From Opitutales bacterium (GTDB lineage: Bacteria > Verrucomicrobiota > Verrucomicrobiia > Opitutales > PNEW01): a stretch of DNA of 64,000 nt. The DNA is taken from the NCBI GenBank assembly GCA_965197745.1, contig CBDANS010000005.1:64001-128000 (forward strand), written 5' to 3'. A program made the position numbers and the translations under genes. Shown here one piece after another: positions 61,047-64,000 of the stretch (position 1 is the stretch's first letter; each line of letters begins with the position of its first letter). Below the pieces are notes generated by a model, which saw only the letters and a list, made by a program, of their open reading frames with translations, had not been told where the DNA came from and made no database searches.

Positions 61047-62015
61047 TTATTTTTCCAGGGCACTACTGATAATCTTCAGGCTTTTTATTCCCTCTTCAAG
61101 AGAACAGTTGGTCTCGGTGTTATCCGTTATAGCCCGAAGGAACTCCTCGTCCTCGCTGCGGAACATAAAATCTCTTTCCGTAGGAATAACTTCGTGTTCC
61201 CAATCATCATTTCCTCTCTCAAAAATCGAAACCGTGGACTGGTCCCAACTGCCGAATTCAACAGTAATAGTTCCCTTAGTCCCCATAAGTTCGGTCAATC
61301 GGGTGCGGGGGGTGCTGAAAAAATTCAGATAAACACTTGCCATGCATTTTTCACCAAAGCGTAAATTCAATTGAGCCATATCGGGCGCGGTAAAACCAAT
61401 ACCACCGTAGACTCCGTGCATTGCTTGAATTTCGGTTACGGGGTAGTCCGCAAACCAGCAGGCTAGATCAACCTCATGCGATAAATCGTAGGCGCCCAGT
61501 TCTTTGACCGTAAATAACGATTTATAATCAGGACGTGCTTCGGGTAAACTTTCGCTCATGCGACAGCAAATAGAAACTAATTTCCCTATACGACCTTTTT
61601 CAAGTAAAGCCTTAGCTTTTGTCAGTCCCTCATGATAACGGAAGCAGAGAGCAACCATATAAATTTTCCCACTGCGTTCAATGGATTGGGCCAGGTGATC
61701 GAGACCTTCAAGTGAATCGGACACGGGTTTCTCACTGAGAACATGAATACCGGCATTCAGGGCTTGAATAGCCATGGGGATGTGTTGTTTCGGGGGTGTT
61801 GCTATTAAAACCGTGTCGGGGTTTGAAGTGAGGCCCTTATCGTAAGAGCTGTAGGTTTCACTGACAGGGCCCTCATTAACGAGGCTTTTGATTTGCTCTT
61901 CGTAAGGATCGCAAACACGGATGTCTTTCAGTCCCAATGAGCGAAGGACGCGCGCGTGCCGTTTGCCGATTGAGCCGCAGCCGGCAATAAGAATACTTTT
62001 TTCTTTCCAGCCCAT
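61047..62015 (-). CDS. Gfo/Idh/MocA family oxidoreductase
   Basis: GCGSIG, ATP...H, HVLSEKP, SHEVD. Confidence 0.9.
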   Translation of the reverse strand: MGWKEKSILIAGCGSIGKRHARVLRSLGLKDIRVCDPYEEQIKSLVNEGPVSETYSSYDKGLTSNPDTVLIATPPKQHIPMAIQALNAGIHVLSEKPVSDSLEGLDHLAQSIERSGKIYMVALCFRYHEGLTKAKALLEKGRIGKLVSICCRMSESLPEARPDYKSLFTVKELGAYDLSHEVDLACWFADYPVTEIQAMHGVYGGIGFTAPDMAQLNLRFGEKCMASVYLNFFSTPRTRLTELMGTKGTITVEFGSWDQSTVSIFERGNDDWEHEVIPTERDFMFRSEDEEFLRAITDNTETNCSLEEGIKSLKIISSALEK

Positions 62016-62037
62016 TTAGCTAAGCGTGATAAAATGC

Positions 62038-62850
62038 TTATTTAAATATACTAAATCCACCGTCCACTACGAGGTTGTGTCCAGCGACATAGTCCAAAGC
62101 AGAAGAGGCGAGAAAAAGAGCGGCTCCTTTAAGGTCCATCCCCATACGGCCCATCCTCCCAAGCATCGTCCCGCTGCCAAAATCATTGACGAAGCTTTCC
62201 GGCAAATCCCCTTTGTCAAAACCGCCTGGCGATATGGCATTAACATAAACCCCCTTGGGAGCGAGCAGCCCCGCCAGATCCATAGTCATACCGATGACAC
62301 CCGCCTTGGCTGATGCGTAATCAACAGGCTGTTGTTCTTTATTATTACGTTCATACATACGACGGTCCCGACCGACAAGTCCACCTGCTGACGCGATATT
62401 GATAATTTTCCCACTCCCTTGTTCTGCCATGAAACGCCCTACCTCCTGGCAACAAAAGAGGGTGCCTATGAGATTCGTTGTAATCATCTGAATAATGTCA
62501 TCAGGCGATCGTTGGAATAGATAGCCGGTGCTTTTTCCACTCCCACCCCCTGCATTATTAATCAATATGTCTATATGGCCCTTCCACCCATGCGCTTTTT
62601 CGGCCATCGCTTTGACTTCGTCATGGCTACATTGATCCATGGTCAGAGCCAGTGTATCCACGCCATATTCTGCCCTGATTTTTCCCGTTGCTTTCTCCGC
62701 GCGATCTAGAGTGCGAGAAGTGATAATAATATCACTGCCATACTCTGCCAGGGTCGAAGCCATATCATAACCAAGCCATTCACTGCCCCCGGTAACAATG
62801 GCAACTTTACCATTTAATTTGAACATTTCACCAACTTTCATCTCACTCAT
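62038..62850 (-). CDS. SDR family oxidoreductase (gluconate 5-dehydrogenase-like)
   Basis: VTGGSEWLG, LINNAG, YASAK, VNAISPGG, VVDGG. Confidence 0.9.
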   Translation of the reverse strand: MSEMKVGEMFKLNGKVAIVTGGSEWLGYDMASTLAEYGSDIIITSRTLDRAEKATGKIRAEYGVDTLALTMDQCSHDEVKAMAEKAHGWKGHIDILINNAGGGSGKSTGYLFQRSPDDIIQMITTNLIGTLFCCQEVGRFMAEQGSGKIINIASAGGLVGRDRRMYERNNKEQQPVDYASAKAGVIGMTMDLAGLLAPKGVYVNAISPGGFDKGDLPESFVNDFGSGTMLGRMGRMGMDLKGAALFLASSALDYVAGHNLVVDGGFSIFK

Positions 62851-63080
62851 ATCTGTTTCCCTCCATTAAATAATATTTGATATAAATTGGGCCCTGTATG
62901 TAAAAATCAACCTTGGCCCCTTAAATACTCAGATAAGGAAAGCTTCTCAATTTAAAACGAAGACCCGCCACGGAGGTGCGGTTCCAGAATGTTAACTTCG
63001 ATAATCGAGGCAGGTGGGGAAAGAGGAGTAGAAGATAACGAGAATTTACTTCTTATCTTAATAGCTATCGCGGTAAATGC

Positions 63081-64000
63081 TTATACTGCAGCCTCGACAA
63101 CTTCTTCCGGCTGTTCTTCAAGTTCTGTGCCTCCTTCGATAGTAACCATATCCGGCGGAATGTTGGCTATTGCTTCCATCATCGTCGTAGTGCCATCCTT
63201 CACTTTCAGCATACTGTCCTGGTGCAGCGTTTTCATGCCGGTGCGCATCGCAATACGTTTAATTGTCGCTGTTTCCGCGCGATCACTAATGGCTTTTATG
63301 ATATCTTCATTATTGCGCATCAGTTCGTGTATGCCAATGCGGCCTTTATAACCGACGCCGCCACAAGTCGGACATCCATCTTCAGGTGTTTTGAAAATCT
63401 GACCGCTCCATTCAATAGCCTTCTCGATTATCTCCTTCTCATTGCCTTCGGGTTCGTAAGGGATTTTGCAGTTTTTACAAACGCGGCGACCCAATCGTTG
63501 GGCGCATACGACAAGAAGTGAAGCGGATATCATAAAAGGCTCAATACCCATGTCAGTGAATCGAGCAATAGTGCTGGGTGCATCATTGGTATGGAGGGTG
63601 CTTAATAACAAGTGACCCATAAGTGCAGCCTCAACCGCAATTTCAGCGGTTTCCTGGTCACGTATTTCCCCGACGAGGATGACATCGGGGTCCATACGCA
63701 GATAACAGCGCAAGGCCGCCGCAAAGGTAAGACCGATCTGCTTGTGCATCTGCATCTGATTTACACCTGCAAGGGTATACTCAATCGGGTCTTCAGCCGT
63801 TTGAATATTAATATCCGGAGAGGCGATTTCCTGCAGCGCGGAGAATAAAGTCATTGATTTACCGGACCCAGTAGGACCACAGTGTAAAAGCATCCCATAA
63901 GGCTGGCGAATACATTGCCGGTACATTTCAATGTTATAGTCCGAGAAACCTAGAGCGGTAATGGGAAGGGCGGCTTTGGATTTATCAAGAATACGCATAA
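63081..64000 (-). CDS. GspE/PilB family secretion/pilus ATPase, C-terminal part (5' end outside the window)
   Basis: [41 protein letters not shown]...CPTC zinc motif. Confidence 0.93.
   Translation of the reverse strand, partial: MRILDKSKAALPITALGFSDYNIEMYRQCIRQPYGMLLHCGPTGSGKSMTLFSALQEIASPDINIQTAEDPIEYTLAGVNQMQMHKQIGLTFAAALRCYLRMDPDVILVGEIRDQETAEIAVEAALMGHLLLSTLHTNDAPSTIARFTDMGIEPFMISASLLVVCAQRLGRRVCKNCKIPYEPEGNEKEIIEKAIEWSGQIFKTPEDGCPTCGGVGYKGRIGIHELMRNNEDIIKAISDRAETATIKRIAMRTGMKTLHQDSMLKVKDGTTTMMEAIANIPPDMVTIEGGTELEEQPEEVVEAAV

Noticed and set aside
36..63848. Numerous 60-180 aa ORFs nested in or antisense to the called genes
   Set aside because: They are shadow ORFs over genes with clear motifs and have no independent support.

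Overview
Bacterial chromosomal segment, most likely Verrucomicrobiota (Opitutae-like). This is inferred from the long PurF type, the Fur and HNH family members and the C-terminal domain of the large surface protein. Left part (1-34.2 kb) is accessory. It holds a sugar/polyol catabolic operon (HUMPS-family enzyme, Zn-ADH, TIM-barrel epimerase, SDR), a TolC plus MacAB-like ABC exporter, and a U32-like protein and S9 peptidase. It also holds a decaying three-gene trans-envelope signalling module: a large BNR/FN3/RCC1/Ig surface protein, a FecR-TPR-beta-barrel receptor and a CHASE2 adenylate cyclase, with five lesions in about 10 kb. An oxidative catabolic cluster follows (HpcH aldolase, P450, two PhyH dioxygenases, PAL-like NHL protein, two aldo-keto reductases, sulfatase, M28 peptidase), with a traceable tandem duplication/deletion junction. 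Intergenic spaces on this side are rich in REP-like palindromes and 7/8-mer arrays. After a tRNA-Gln, the right part is mostly core genes: pyrH, frr, proB, UvrD-like helicase, nadA, fur-like, priA, pilC-like, purQLFM, ppgK-like and a partial pilB. It also contains an archaeal-type FAD synthase-like gene and an HNH / structured spacer / AP2-like triad. No CRISPR array, rRNA, integrase or transposase was seen.
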